Position numbers and translations under genes: made by a program
Part shown: piece by piece, positions 17,506 through 26,435 of the stretch
Position numbering within the stretch: the first letter of the stretch is position 1
Layout of the letters: every line of letters starts with the position of its first letter
From: Alphaproteobacteria bacterium
GTDB lineage: Bacteria; Pseudomonadota; Alphaproteobacteria; Micavibrionales; UBA2020
NCBI GenBank assembly: GCA_965279315.1
Contig: OZ257145.1
Coordinates: 1,933,536-1,997,535 of the forward strand
DNA length: 64,000 bases
Direction of reading: 5' to 3'
Notes under the pieces: model-generated
Database searches by the model: none
What the model saw: only the letters and a program-made list of their open reading frames with translations
Told to the model about the DNA's origin: nothing

Positions 17506-20010
17506 TTATGCCTTGTTCTCGATGACCTCCTTCACCTTGGTCGCGAGCTGCTTGAGGGTGAAGGGCTTGGGCAGGAAATAGACATCGGCGCCGAGATGTT
17601 CCTTGAAACGGTCCTCGGCATAGCCGGAAATAAAGATGATCTTGATCTGCGGATATTTTTCCTTCACGTGCTTGGCCAGCGTCGTGCCGTCCATTTCGGG
17701 CATCATGACGTCGGTGATCAGGATTTCCGGCGTGAATTTTTTCTCCTCGAGGATTTTAAGCGCGGTGACGCCGCCCGGCGCGTCCATCACCTGATAGCCC
17801 TTGTTCGACAGCGCGCGGGCGGAGAAGGTGCGCACCGCGTCTTCATCCTCCACCAGCAAAATCTTGGCCGAACCGGTGAGGTCGCTGATGACGGGTTTTT
17901 CCTCGGCCACCTCCGCCTTTTTCGCGCCGGCGATTTCGGCGAAGCGGGGCAGGTAGATGATGAAGGTCGTGCCCTGCGCCATCACGGACTTGACCGAGAT
18001 ATAACCGCCCGTCTGGTGCACGATGCCGTGGACGGTCGCAAGGCCCAGCCCCGTGCCCGCGCCCACTTCCTTGGTCGAGAAGAACGGCTCGAAAATGCGG
18101 CCCATGATGTCGGGGTTGATGCCGGTGCCGGTATCCTCCACCTCGATCATCGCCCAGTCGCCGGGGGGCAGCGTTTCGTCATTCGCCAGCTTGATGCCCG
18201 TCTTGTTCGTGATGTTCGACGTGCGGATGGAAAGCTTGCCGCCGTTCGCCATCGCGTCGCGCGCGTTGACGACAAGGTTGATGAGCACCTGTTCCATCTG
18301 GCCCTGGTCGGCCTTGATGAGGCTGATATCGGTCGAATGCGTCAGGCGCAGCTCGATGTTGGAGCCGATCAGGCGGCGCAGCAGGTGCGACAGTTCCGAG
18401 AGCACTTCCGCAAGGTCGAGCATGCGCGGCTGCAGCGTCTGCTGGCGCGAGAAGGCCAGCAGCTGGCGCACGAGGTTGGCGGCGCGGTTGGCGTTCTGCT
18501 TGATCTGCATGATATCGGCGAAGCTGGGGTCGCCCGGCTTGTGGCGCAGCAGCAGCAGGTCGCAGAAGCCGATCATGGCGGTCAGGAGGTTGTTGAAGTC
18601 GTGCGCGATGCCGCCCGCCAGCTGCCCCACCGCCTGCATTTTTTGCGACTGCGTGAATTGCTTTTCCAGTTTTTTCTGTTCGGTCAAATCGATGAAGTGC
18701 AAAACGAAATCATCGCCCGCCTTGAACTTGCGGGCATAGATCTGCGTGACGATCTCGATCGAGCCCTTGATCTGGACTTCAAGGAACGGGTCGGAATGTT
18801 CCCCGCGCGCAAGGTGCTTCAGCCAGTCTTCGGCGCGGTGCTGCTGGTCCTTGTGGATGAACTGCAGCAATGATTTCCCGTTCAGCGCGTTCACGGGCAG
18901 GCGCAGCATGGCGGCCAGCGTCGCGTTCGCGTCGCTGATGACGCCGCCTGCGGTCAGCATGCAGATGCCGACGGGCGCTTCCTCGAACAACCGCTCGAAA
19001 CGGTCCTCGGATTCACGCAAGGCCTGCTGCATTTTCTGCTCGGTCGTCATGTCGTACACGACGGAGCGTGAAATGACCTTGCCTTCTTCGTCCTTGGTGA
19101 TCGAATGGGTGATCGCGGCCTTGAACACGCGGCCGCCCGCGCCCTTCATCAGCAATTCGCCATGCTGGTGATACCCGCCGCCGTCGAAACAGTCGTATGG
19201 TTTTCCTGTGGCGGGCGGGTTGACGAGGAAATCATGCAGCTTCGTCTTGCCGATAATCGTGCGCGCATCCGCGCCCAGCAGGCGCAGGAGCGTATCGTTC
19301 GCGAATTGCAGGCGGCCGTCTTCATCGACCGAGAAAAACCCGACGGGCGCGTTGTCGGTGAAATCGCGCAGCTTTTCGCGCTCTTCCCGTATCGCGGATT
19401 CCATCTGGTAGCGGTGCGTGATGTCGTCAAAACGCCAATGCACATAGCCCGGCCAGCCGATGATGAACTGGCAGGTGACCTGATACCAGATTGTTTTCCC
19501 GCGCATGCGCGTCTGGATTTCGGTCGATGCGGAACCGGCGGGCGATGCCTTGTTCTGCAAATCCTCCAGCGTCTTTTCGATTTTTTTCTGGTGTTCGAAC
19601 AGGCGGGTGAACGCGCCGATGGTGGCCTCGCCCAGGCCCTCGACCATTTTGCTGAAGCGCGCATTGGCGTAAATCGTCTTGCCCTGCGCATCGGTGATGG
19701 CGCGCGCCTCGGCGCTTTTCTCCAGCACTTCGGTCAAAATCTTGCGGCTGCGATCGGCGTCGGAAAAGCTGCGGTTGAGCAGCAGCAGCGCAAGGCCGCC
19801 GATCAACCCGTAAAAATAAATCGCCAGCAGCGACAGGCCGATGCCGCCATGCAGGCGAACATAGACGAGGCCGATCGCCAGAAACACATAACCCATCCCC
19901 GCCATGAACAGCATGATCGCCTTCGCATTGCGAACGGCGTTCTGGCTTTCGACCTTCTGTGGCTTCTTCTCGAAAAAAAAGCCGTTATTGGGATTGTTTT
20001 GCGAATTCAC
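17506..20010 (-). CDS. cckA: Hybrid sensor histidine kinase/response regulator, CckA-like
   Basis: Two N-terminal TM helices and PAS-type repeats. H-box QLAGGIAHDFNNLLTAMIGFCDLLL. HATPase motifs NLVVNARDAM, VEDTGTGI and GTGLGLATV. C-terminal receiver KILLVEDEDAVR..ILITDVMMPEMDG..LPKPF. Confidence 0.8.
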   Translation of the reverse strand: MNSQNNPNNGFFFEKKPQKVESQNAVRNAKAIMLFMAGMGYVFLAIGLVYVRLHGGIGLSLLAIYFYGLIGGLALLLLNRSFSDADRSRKILTEVLEKSAEARAITDAQGKTIYANARFSKMVEGLGEATIGAFTRLFEHQKKIEKTLEDLQNKASPAGSASTEIQTRMRGKTIWYQVTCQFIIGWPGYVHWRFDDITHRYQMESAIREEREKLRDFTDNAPVGFFSVDEDGRLQFANDTLLRLLGADARTIIGKTKLHDFLVNPPATGKPYDCFDGGGYHQHGELLMKGAGGRVFKAAITHSITKDEEGKVISRSVVYDMTTEQKMQQALRESEDRFERLFEEAPVGICMLTAGGVISDANATLAAMLRLPVNALNGKSLLQFIHKDQQHRAEDWLKHLARGEHSDPFLEVQIKGSIEIVTQIYARKFKAGDDFVLHFIDLTEQKKLEKQFTQSQKMQAVGQLAGGIAHDFNNLLTAMIGFCDLLLLRHKPGDPSFADIMQIKQNANRAANLVRQLLAFSRQQTLQPRMLDLAEVLSELSHLLRRLIGSNIELRLTHSTDISLIKADQGQMEQVLINLVVNARDAMANGGKLSIRTSNITNKTGIKLANDETLPPGDWAMIEVEDTGTGINPDIMGRIFEPFFSTKEVGAGTGLGLATVHGIVHQTGGYISVKSVMAQGTTFIIYLPRFAEIAGAKKAEVAEEKPVISDLTGSAKILLVEDEDAVRTFSARALSNKGYQVMDAPGGVTALKILEEKKFTPEILITDVMMPEMDGTTLAKHVKEKYPQIKIIFISGYAEDRFKEHLGADVYFLPKPFTLKQLATKVKEVIENKA

Positions 20011-20168
20011 GGGCGGGATGGTTTCCTTTGCCTTATTTTAACCAGTTAAACGTTAAAAATCTAATATCTTCATGCTCTTGCCCGTCATAAGGCGCGGGGT
20101 GACGGGGCTTTACCAAGCCTTAACCCGTCATATGGTAATATTCGAGCAGTGAAACAGGCGGAGGCATC

Positions 20169-20666
20169 ATGGGCACGTTCAATGCGTTCGAGGCAAAGTA
20201 CAAGCTGCGCGATGTGTTTTCGCCCTATGCGCGCATCACGCCTGCGGACACTCTCGCCGGCCCCGCTGGCATAGACGCGTCATCGGCGATGGAAATGCTG
20301 CTGTCGATGAAAACGAAGCTTTATAAAGACGTCCTGAATGGCGGTTATATCGCGCATGGCGACATCGATTTTTCCAAGCGCGACATGGACTGGCTGCCCG
20401 ATATGTCGCAGATCAAGGTCGATGGCACCGTCGATCTGCGCGGCAACAAGCTGGAAAACCTCTACGGCGCGCCGAAAGAATTCGCCAAACTGCATAGCGA
20501 TTTCGGCAGCTTCTCCTCGTGGGCCGAGGTGCCCGGGGCGCTGAAACAGCCTTCCGAAAAGCAATTGGCCGAAGAAAAAGCCGCCGCCGAAGCGAAGGCG
20601 AAATTCGCAGCCGAACGAAAATCCAAAACGCTGGTCGGCAGGTTCCTGTCTAAATTGGGCGCCTGA
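20169..20666 (+). CDS. Hypothetical protein, short paralog of the LRR-like family at 48.9-51.5 kb
   Basis: RBS GGAGG. It shares GDIDFSKRDMDWLPDMS, one repeat unit VDGTVDLRGNKLENLYGAPKE, and the C-module FAKLHSDFGSFSSWAEVP. Confidence 0.7.
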   Translation: MGTFNAFEAKYKLRDVFSPYARITPADTLAGPAGIDASSAMEMLLSMKTKLYKDVLNGGYIAHGDIDFSKRDMDWLPDMSQIKVDGTVDLRGNKLENLYGAPKEFAKLHSDFGSFSSWAEVPGALKQPSEKQLAEEKAAAEAKAKFAAERKSKTLVGRFLSKLGA

Positions 20667-20678
20667 TACCCCGTCGTA

Positions 20679-21326
20679 TCACTGCCGCATATTCAGCAGT
20701 TCCTTGCGTCCCTTGCTTTCGCCGATCTGGCTGTCCCAGACGAGGGTCTTGCCGTCTTGCGACCATAATTCGATTTTGGAGATGTCGGCCATCAGCAGGT
20801 TATACGACTTGCCGCTCATGACCAGCGGCTTGGGGTCGGCGCGCATGGAGATGAGGGTCAGCGTGACCTTGCCGTTAAAGCCGTTTTCGGTTTCGCGCAT
20901 GATGGCGTCGGCCATGTTGGCGGGGGCGCGCAGCCATTGGTATTTCGCCATGCCGCCCGGGATCAGGGCATAGCGTTTTCCCATGTAATTATAGTTGAAG
21001 AAGGTGACGTCGTTGAAATTCTGCACGAGGAATCCCTGGTTCGCGGGGCTGTAGCCCGAGATGCGGATTTTCGACTGCACCACGATCGGTTCCAGCGGCG
21101 TCATCAGGTTAAAGGTGTTGGTCATCTCGCCGACGCGTTTTTCCAGCAGCGCGGGGCGTTCGGCCATGTCGGTTTTCTGGTAGGTGTCCCATTTTTTCGT
21201 CCAGCCCGTGAAGTCGGGCACATCGCCCGCGAGCTTGTGATAGAGCATCGCGATATAAAGCGGCGTGGTGGCGGCGGGCTTGGTCGAGAAGGCAAAGGCG
21301 GGGGCGGCGAGGAGAAGGAAAATCAT
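20679..21326 (-). CDS. Hypothetical secreted protein
   Basis: ORF 20679..21479 trimmed to Met52 (MIFLLLAAPAFAFS signal peptide). The upstream 51 codons are a read-through of the REP element at 21354..21458. Confidence 0.65.
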   Translation of the reverse strand: MIFLLLAAPAFAFSTKPAATTPLYIAMLYHKLAGDVPDFTGWTKKWDTYQKTDMAERPALLEKRVGEMTNTFNLMTPLEPIVVQSKIRISGYSPANQGFLVQNFNDVTFFNYNYMGKRYALIPGGMAKYQWLRAPANMADAIMRETENGFNGKVTLTLISMRADPKPLVMSGKSYNLLMADISKIELWSQDGKTLVWDSQIGESKGRKELLNMRQ

Positions 21327-21353
21327 GAGCGATGTTAAAAAATAACAGATTGC

Positions 21354-21458
21354 GTCATCCCCACCTTGTGCGGGGATCCGGAAGCGCGTCCGCGCGTCAT
21401 GTGACTCATGAAGGCAGGCTTGCGCCTGCGCCAGACCCCCGCACAAGGCGGGGGTGAC
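21354..21458. repeat. REP/MITE-like double-hairpin element (105-bp variant)
   Basis: GTCATCCCCACCTTGTGCGGGGATC, a 55-nt spacer, then GACCCCCGCACAAGGCGGGGGTGAC. It lies between the flhB stop and the downstream gene. Confidence 0.8.
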
Positions 21459-21475
21459 GATGGTTGGGTTATTCA

Positions 21476-22549
21476 TCATAATTTTTTACCCTTGAGTTTG
21501 AAGACGTAGGAAATGACTTCGGCGACGGCCTTGAAATGTTCGTTCGGGATCGTCTGCTCGATATCCATTGAATCATACAGCGCGCGCGCGAGCGCGGGGT
21601 TCTCGACCAGCGGCACCTTGTTTTCGGCCGCGACGTCGCGGATGCGCTGCGCCACCACATCGACGCCCTTGGCGACCATCTGCGGCGCGGCCATTTCGGC
21701 GGCGTTGTATTTCAGCGCGACGGCGTAATGGGTCGGGTTGGTGATGACGACATCGGCCTCGGGAACGGCCTGCATCATGCGCTGGCGCGCCTTTTGTTCG
21801 CGTAAGGCCCGCAGGCGTCCCTTGATCTGCGGGTCGCCTTCGGTCTGCTTGTATTCGTCCTTCAGTTCCTGCTTGCTCATGCGCATCTTCATCATGAAAT
21901 CGTGGCGCTGGTACATGTAATCGGCAATCGCGAGGACGAACAGCACGATCAGCGCCGCGCCCATCATCTTCAGGAACATGGTTTCAAGGTCGAACATCGC
22001 GGGCCCGAAATCCTGCCCCACGAAATGCTCGATGCCGTCGGCATAGGGCCACAGCGCAAGATAAATGGCGGCCGACACCACGCCCAGCTTGAACAGGCCT
22101 TTCAGGAATTCCGCGATCGATTTGGCGGAAAACAGGCGCTGGAACCCGTTCATGATCGAGATTTTTTTCAGGTCCGGCTTCATGGTTTCGGCGGTGAAGA
22201 TCGGGCCGGTCTGGATATAGCCCGACAGCACGCCCGCCACCATCAGCACGGCGAAGGGCAGCAGCAGGTCGCCCATGACCGCCCAGAACAGGTCTTTTGC
22301 CACCGCCATCAGCCCTTTGCCGTCGGTCGGGTACTGGTGCGCGTTGGCGATGAAACTTTTCAGCGTCGTCTGCAGGTCGATCATGATGCGGGGGCCCGCC
22401 ATCAGCACCAGCAGCGTGATGACGAACAGCATGATCCAGTTGGTGACTTCGCGGCTATAGACGACCTGGCCGCGTTTTCGCGCTTCCTCCAGCCGCTTGG
22501 CTGTCGGTTCCTCTGTCTTCTGGCTGTCTTCTGTTTCGTTGTCCGACAT
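21476..22549 (-). CDS. flhB: Flagellar export apparatus switch protein FlhB
   Basis: SQKTEEPTAKRLEEARKRGQV, four TM segments, the autocleavage-region motif VITNPTHYAVAL, and PLVENPALARALY. Confidence 0.95.
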   Translation of the reverse strand: MSDNETEDSQKTEEPTAKRLEEARKRGQVVYSREVTNWIMLFVITLLVLMAGPRIMIDLQTTLKSFIANAHQYPTDGKGLMAVAKDLFWAVMGDLLLPFAVLMVAGVLSGYIQTGPIFTAETMKPDLKKISIMNGFQRLFSAKSIAEFLKGLFKLGVVSAAIYLALWPYADGIEHFVGQDFGPAMFDLETMFLKMMGAALIVLFVLAIADYMYQRHDFMMKMRMSKQELKDEYKQTEGDPQIKGRLRALREQKARQRMMQAVPEADVVITNPTHYAVALKYNAAEMAAPQMVAKGVDVVAQRIRDVAAENKVPLVENPALARALYDSMDIEQTIPNEHFKAVAEVISYVFKLKGKKL

Positions 22550-22557
22550 GCTTTCCC

Positions 22558-23331
22558 CTATGGATTGAGCGCGTCGTTGACGAGGGATTCAAAACCCTTC
22601 ATCCAGAACATCATGCTGGCCGAAAACACCATCGTCAGCATCACGAGGCCCATCAGGATCTGCACGGGCAGGGCGAGGAAGAAAATCTGGATCTGCGGCA
22701 TCAGGCGGCCCAGCAGGCCGAAGCCGAACTGCACGATCGTGCCGATGATCAGGAACGGCGTCGCCAGCTGGATGCCGATGCGGAAGGCCGCGCTGACGGT
22801 CTGCGTCATCACCTCCAAAATCGGCTGCATGTCGGGCGTCTTGGCAAGCGCGGGGAACAGCGTGTAACTGTCGATGACCGATGCCAGCATGTAATGGTGC
22901 ATGTTCGACACGAACAGCAGCGTGACGCCGGTGATGGAATACAGCGCGCCCACGACCGAGCCCTGCGTCGCCGTCATGGGGTTGAACACCAGCGCGTTGG
23001 CAAAGCCGGTCTGGATCGAGATCACGCCCCCTGCGGTATCGAGCGCGGTGATCATGATGCGCATCACCATGCCGATGAAGACGCCGATAAACGCCTCCGA
23101 CAGCAGCAGCGTGATCATCGCGGGCGCGGCGGAGGGCAGGGGCGGCAGCACGGGGGCGAGGAAAGGGGTGAGGACAAGCGCGAAGGCCAGCGCGAAATGC
23201 AGCCGCACCTGCGGCGACACGAAACTGTCGCCGATGCCGGGCATGATCATCAGCGCCATGCCCGTGCGCATGAACACAAGCATGAAGGCGGCAAGATGCG
23301 TGACGATGATGTCGTTTAACAGGGACTGCAT
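22558..23331 (-). CDS. fliR: Flagellar export apparatus protein FliR
   Basis: A 257-aa polytopic membrane protein directly upstream of flhB. It contains FMLVFMRTGMALMIMPGIG and GFGLLGRLMPQIQIFFLALPVQI. Confidence 0.9.
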   Translation of the reverse strand: MQSLLNDIIVTHLAAFMLVFMRTGMALMIMPGIGDSFVSPQVRLHFALAFALVLTPFLAPVLPPLPSAAPAMITLLLSEAFIGVFIGMVMRIMITALDTAGGVISIQTGFANALVFNPMTATQGSVVGALYSITGVTLLFVSNMHHYMLASVIDSYTLFPALAKTPDMQPILEVMTQTVSAAFRIGIQLATPFLIIGTIVQFGFGLLGRLMPQIQIFFLALPVQILMGLVMLTMVFSASMMFWMKGFESLVNDALNP

Positions 23332-23353
23332 TCTTTAAGTATAGCGCAGAAAT

Positions 23354-23369
23354 GGCAGCAAAACAGCCA
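23354..23369 (-). promoter_or_regulatory. Possible sigma54 (-24/-12) promoter for fliR-flhB
   Basis: The minus strand reads TGGCTG-TTTTG-CTGCC (GG and GC correctly spaced), 22 nt upstream of the fliR ATG. The implied leader is very short, so this is weak. Confidence 0.25.
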
Positions 23370-23387
23370 TCAGCAGCCTGTTTGCGT

Positions 23388-24269
23388 TCAGAATTTCGGG
23401 GCGGACGGGCGCGGCGGGGCGGATTTCCCTATTGTACGGGCGTTCCATTCCGCTTCGGTCAGGACCGTCACGCCAAGATCTTTCGCCTTTTGCAGTTTCG
23501 AACCCGCATCCGCGCCCGCCACAAGGATATCGGTGTTTTTGGAGACCGAACCGACGACTTCCGCGCCGAGGCTGGCGGCGGCGGCTTCGGCCTGTTTGCG
23601 GGTCATGGTGGACAGCGTGCCGGTAAAGACGATTTTCTTGCCGGACAGGTCGAGCGGTGCGGCAGAGACGGCAGCGGCGGGGGCTTCTTCCTCGATTTCG
23701 TCCTCATCCTCGTCGATTTCTTCGCCGCGCGCTTCAGCCAGTTCGGCTTTCAGCTCGGCGAGTGTGGCGGAAGGGTTGAGCAGGACGCCGTTTTCGTCGA
23801 ATTTGAAAACTTTTTTATACGGGCCGTTTTCGTTCAGCGGTTCGTATTCGTTTTCGAATTCGGCGGCAAGGTCGGCGGTCGCTTCATCGGCGTAGAAGGC
23901 GACATTCGCGCTGCCGTCGCCGCCATTCGTCAGCAAATACCAGAGCGTGCCGGAATATGCGCCGTTTTGCGCGGGCACGGACGCTTTGTTGAACGCCGTG
24001 GTCATGCTGTCGTCTTCGTCTTCCACATCTTCGCCGCGACGCTCCGCCAGTTCGCGGCGGATGCCCGCAGCGTCGTTGTCGGGATTCATCAGCGTGCCGT
24101 TCGCATCGAAGGACAGGTCTTGGGAATGCGGATTGTCGCCAAACGCCTCGCCGCCTTCGTCCTCGATATCGGATGCCAGCTGCGCGCTTTCCGCGTCGCC
24201 AAAAAACCGCGCGCTGGCCGAGCCGTCGCCGCCGTTGGTGACGATATAATGGATGCGGGTGGAGGGCAT
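23388..24269 (-). CDS. Acidic tandem-duplication protein with a C-terminal BRCT domain
   Basis: Trimmed to Met25, with RBS AAAGGAA. Two internal copies are present: [23 protein letters not shown].. and [23 protein letters not shown]... The BRCT-like end is [66 protein letters not shown]. Confidence 0.7.
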   Translation of the reverse strand: MPSTRIHYIVTNGGDGSASARFFGDAESAQLASDIEDEGGEAFGDNPHSQDLSFDANGTLMNPDNDAAGIRRELAERRGEDVEDEDDSMTTAFNKASVPAQNGAYSGTLWYLLTNGGDGSANVAFYADEATADLAAEFENEYEPLNENGPYKKVFKFDENGVLLNPSATLAELKAELAEARGEEIDEDEDEIEEEAPAAAVSAAPLDLSGKKIVFTGTLSTMTRKQAEAAAASLGAEVVGSVSKNTDILVAGADAGSKLQKAKDLGVTVLTEAEWNARTIGKSAPPRPSAPKF

Positions 24270-24421
24270 GGCAGTTCCTTTTGCGGGGTAAATTGTTATG
24301 AAATCAGGGGGCAACCTAACGCGCACGGGAGGGGGAGTCAATAAAGAATATGGGAATTAATGCTTGTCCGCCACCGCCGCCTGTCCTACAATGATTTTCT
24401 GCAACAAAAGGCGGTTCAGTC

Positions 24422-25732
24422 ATGCGGCAGGGCGGTGAAATTCCCCATACGGCAGTTCAGGAACCCACGGGCGGCTATCCCCGCATCGTGATCGTGGGGG
24501 CGGGATTCGGCGGGCTTGCCGCCGTGCAATCGCTCGCGGGGCTGGCGGCGGAGGTGACCGTCATCGACCGCCATAATTACCATCTTTTCCAGCCGCTGCT
24601 GTACCAGGTGGCAACCGCCGCGCTGTCGCCCGCCGATATCGCCTGGCCGATCCGCCATATCCTGCGCCGCCAGAAAAACACGGCCGTGCTGCTGGACGAA
24701 GTTGCCGCCATCGACAGGCAGGCGGGCGCGGTGCTGACCAAAAGCGGGCGCAACATACCGTGGGATTACCTGATCATCGCAACAGGCGCGCATCACAGTT
24801 ATTTTGGCCGCGACGACTGGGAGAAAAACGCCCCCGGCATCAAGACGATTGCCGATGCGACCGGCCTGCGCCAGAAAATCCTCCTCGCATTCGAGCGTGC
24901 GGAGGCCGAAAGCGCGGAGCGGGAACGCGCCGCGCTGCTCACCTTTGTCATTGTCGGCGGCGGGCAGACGGGCGTGGAGATGGCGGGCGCAATCGCCGAG
25001 CTGGCGCGCCATTCGATCGCCGATGATTTCCGCATCATCGCGCCCGCATCGGCGCGCATCATCCTGGTCGAAGCGGGCCCGCGCATCCTGCACACGCTGG
25101 AGGAAAAGCTTTCCGCCAATGCGATGGCGACGCTGGAAAAAATGGGCGTCGAGGTCAGGGCGGGCAGCCGCGTCGAGGAAGTGGATGAAGGTGGTGTGAC
25201 AGTGAACGGCCAGCGCATCGCCGCGAAAACCGTCGTCTGGGCGGCGGGGGCGAAGGCGTCGCCGGCGGCGGAATGGCTTGGTGCGCCCGCCGATAAAACA
25301 GGGCGCGTCATCGTGGACAGCAACCTCAACGTCGCGGGCGATGCGCGTGTATTCGTGATCGGTGATACGGCGGCGTTCACGCCCGATGGCGCGACGCGAC
25401 CGCTGCCCGGCGTGGCGGCGGTGGCGAAACAGATGGGCGTGTTTACGGCGAAGCGCATCCGCGCGATCGTGGAACAGCGCAAGCCGCCCGAAAATTTCAA
25501 ATACCACGATGTCGGCACGGTCGCCGCCATCGGCCGCAACAACGCGATTGTCGTGCTGCCGGGATTAAGGGCGACCGGCTTCATCGGCTGGCTGTTGTGG
25601 AGCGTATCCCACATCTTCTTCCTGATCGGCCTGCGCAACCGCGCATCCGTCATGCTGAACTGGGCGTGGAATTATGTCACATGGCAACGCGGGGCGCGGC
25701 TGATCACATCGGACAAGCCGGATGAAAAATAA
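24422..25732 (+). CDS. ndh: Type II NADH dehydrogenase (NDH-2)
   Basis: PRIVIVGAGFGGL (first Rossmann fold), FVIVGGGQTGVEMAGA (second), VFVIGDTA, and C-terminal amphipathic/TM helices. Confidence 0.9.
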   Translation: MRQGGEIPHTAVQEPTGGYPRIVIVGAGFGGLAAVQSLAGLAAEVTVIDRHNYHLFQPLLYQVATAALSPADIAWPIRHILRRQKNTAVLLDEVAAIDRQAGAVLTKSGRNIPWDYLIIATGAHHSYFGRDDWEKNAPGIKTIADATGLRQKILLAFERAEAESAERERAALLTFVIVGGGQTGVEMAGAIAELARHSIADDFRIIAPASARIILVEAGPRILHTLEEKLSANAMATLEKMGVEVRAGSRVEEVDEGGVTVNGQRIAAKTVVWAAGAKASPAAEWLGAPADKTGRVIVDSNLNVAGDARVFVIGDTAAFTPDGATRPLPGVAAVAKQMGVFTAKRIRAIVEQRKPPENFKYHDVGTVAAIGRNNAIVVLPGLRATGFIGWLLWSVSHIFFLIGLRNRASVMLNWAWNYVTWQRGARLITSDKPDEK

Positions 25733-25999
25733 TCAGTTCATCCCGATAATCTTGTCGGCAATCCGGTCGGTGAAGTTCTGCATCGCGGTTGCGTAGACGG
25801 GGAACAGCAGGTAGATGGCGAGGTAGATCGACATCATTTTGGGCACGAAGGCGAGGGTCATTTCCTGAATCTGTGTCAGCGCCTGGATGAGGGCGATGAT
25901 GACGCCGACGACGAGGCCGATCAGCATGACGGGGGCCGAGATCTGGATGGTCAGGATGATCGCTTCGCGGGCGAAATCGACGACTTCTGCTTCATCCAT
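25733..25999 (-). CDS. fliQ: Flagellar export apparatus protein FliQ
   Basis: An 88-aa protein with two TM helices. It contains ILTIQISAPVMLIGLVVGVIIALIQALTQIQEMTLAFVPK. Confidence 0.92.
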   Translation of the reverse strand: MDEAEVVDFAREAIILTIQISAPVMLIGLVVGVIIALIQALTQIQEMTLAFVPKMMSIYLAIYLLFPVYATAMQNFTDRIADKIIGMN

Positions 26000-26052
26000 A
26001 ATATATGTCCTTTACAGAGGCAAACCGCTTTCGCGGTTTGGAGTAACTGCTG

Positions 26053-26099
26053 GATCCCGGATCGGGCGTTCGCCTTGCGGCTCACTGGTCCGGGATGAC
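26053..26099. repeat. REP-type hairpin inside the fliE-fliQ intergenic region
   Basis: GATCCCGGATC..(loop)..GGTCCGGGATGAC. The arms ATCCCGGA / TCCGGGAT are complementary, and the GATGAC terminus matches the other elements. Confidence 0.55.
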
Positions 26100-26108
26100 G
26101 CCTGCGCG

Positions 26109-26408
26109 TCAAATCGAAGTGCGCATTACCGTCTCATAAGCTTGCACCACGCGGTCGCGAACCGCAAGCACGGTATTCAGCGCCATTTCCGCATTGTTGA
26201 TTGCGGCCAGCACATCGGTCATGTCGGCCTTGCCGACGAGGCCCTGCGCGGAGACTTTTTCCGACGTGTGCTGCGCGTCGATCGCGCTTTGCGCGGCGGT
26301 TTTCAGGACATCGCCGAAGGAAGGCCCGCCGGTTTCGGCCGGTTTCGCATCCGTCATCGATTTCAAGGTGTTCATGTATGCTTTTGAAGCATCGGTTACG
26401 TTTGCCAT
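26109..26408 (-). CDS. fliE: Flagellar hook-basal body complex protein FliE
   Basis: FGDVLKTAAQSAIDAQHTSEKV..MTDVLAAINNAEMALNTVLAVRDRVVQAYETVMRTSI. Confidence 0.9.
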   Translation of the reverse strand: MANVTDASKAYMNTLKSMTDAKPAETGGPSFGDVLKTAAQSAIDAQHTSEKVSAQGLVGKADMTDVLAAINNAEMALNTVLAVRDRVVQAYETVMRTSI

Positions 26409-26435
26409 GATGTCTGTCCCTTTTTAAACTCTAAC

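Noticed and set aside
16867-20049. Long plus-strand ORFs (16867..18873 and 19105..20049) across the receiver and cckA genes
   Set aside because: They are antisense shadows of a hybrid histidine kinase that has all of its H, N, G1, G2 and receiver motifs on the minus strand.
24416-25653. Minus-strand ORFs 24416..25507 and 24799..25653 opposite ndh
   Set aside because: ndh on the plus strand has both Rossmann-fold motifs. The minus-strand frames are Arg/Pro/Ala-rich shadows.
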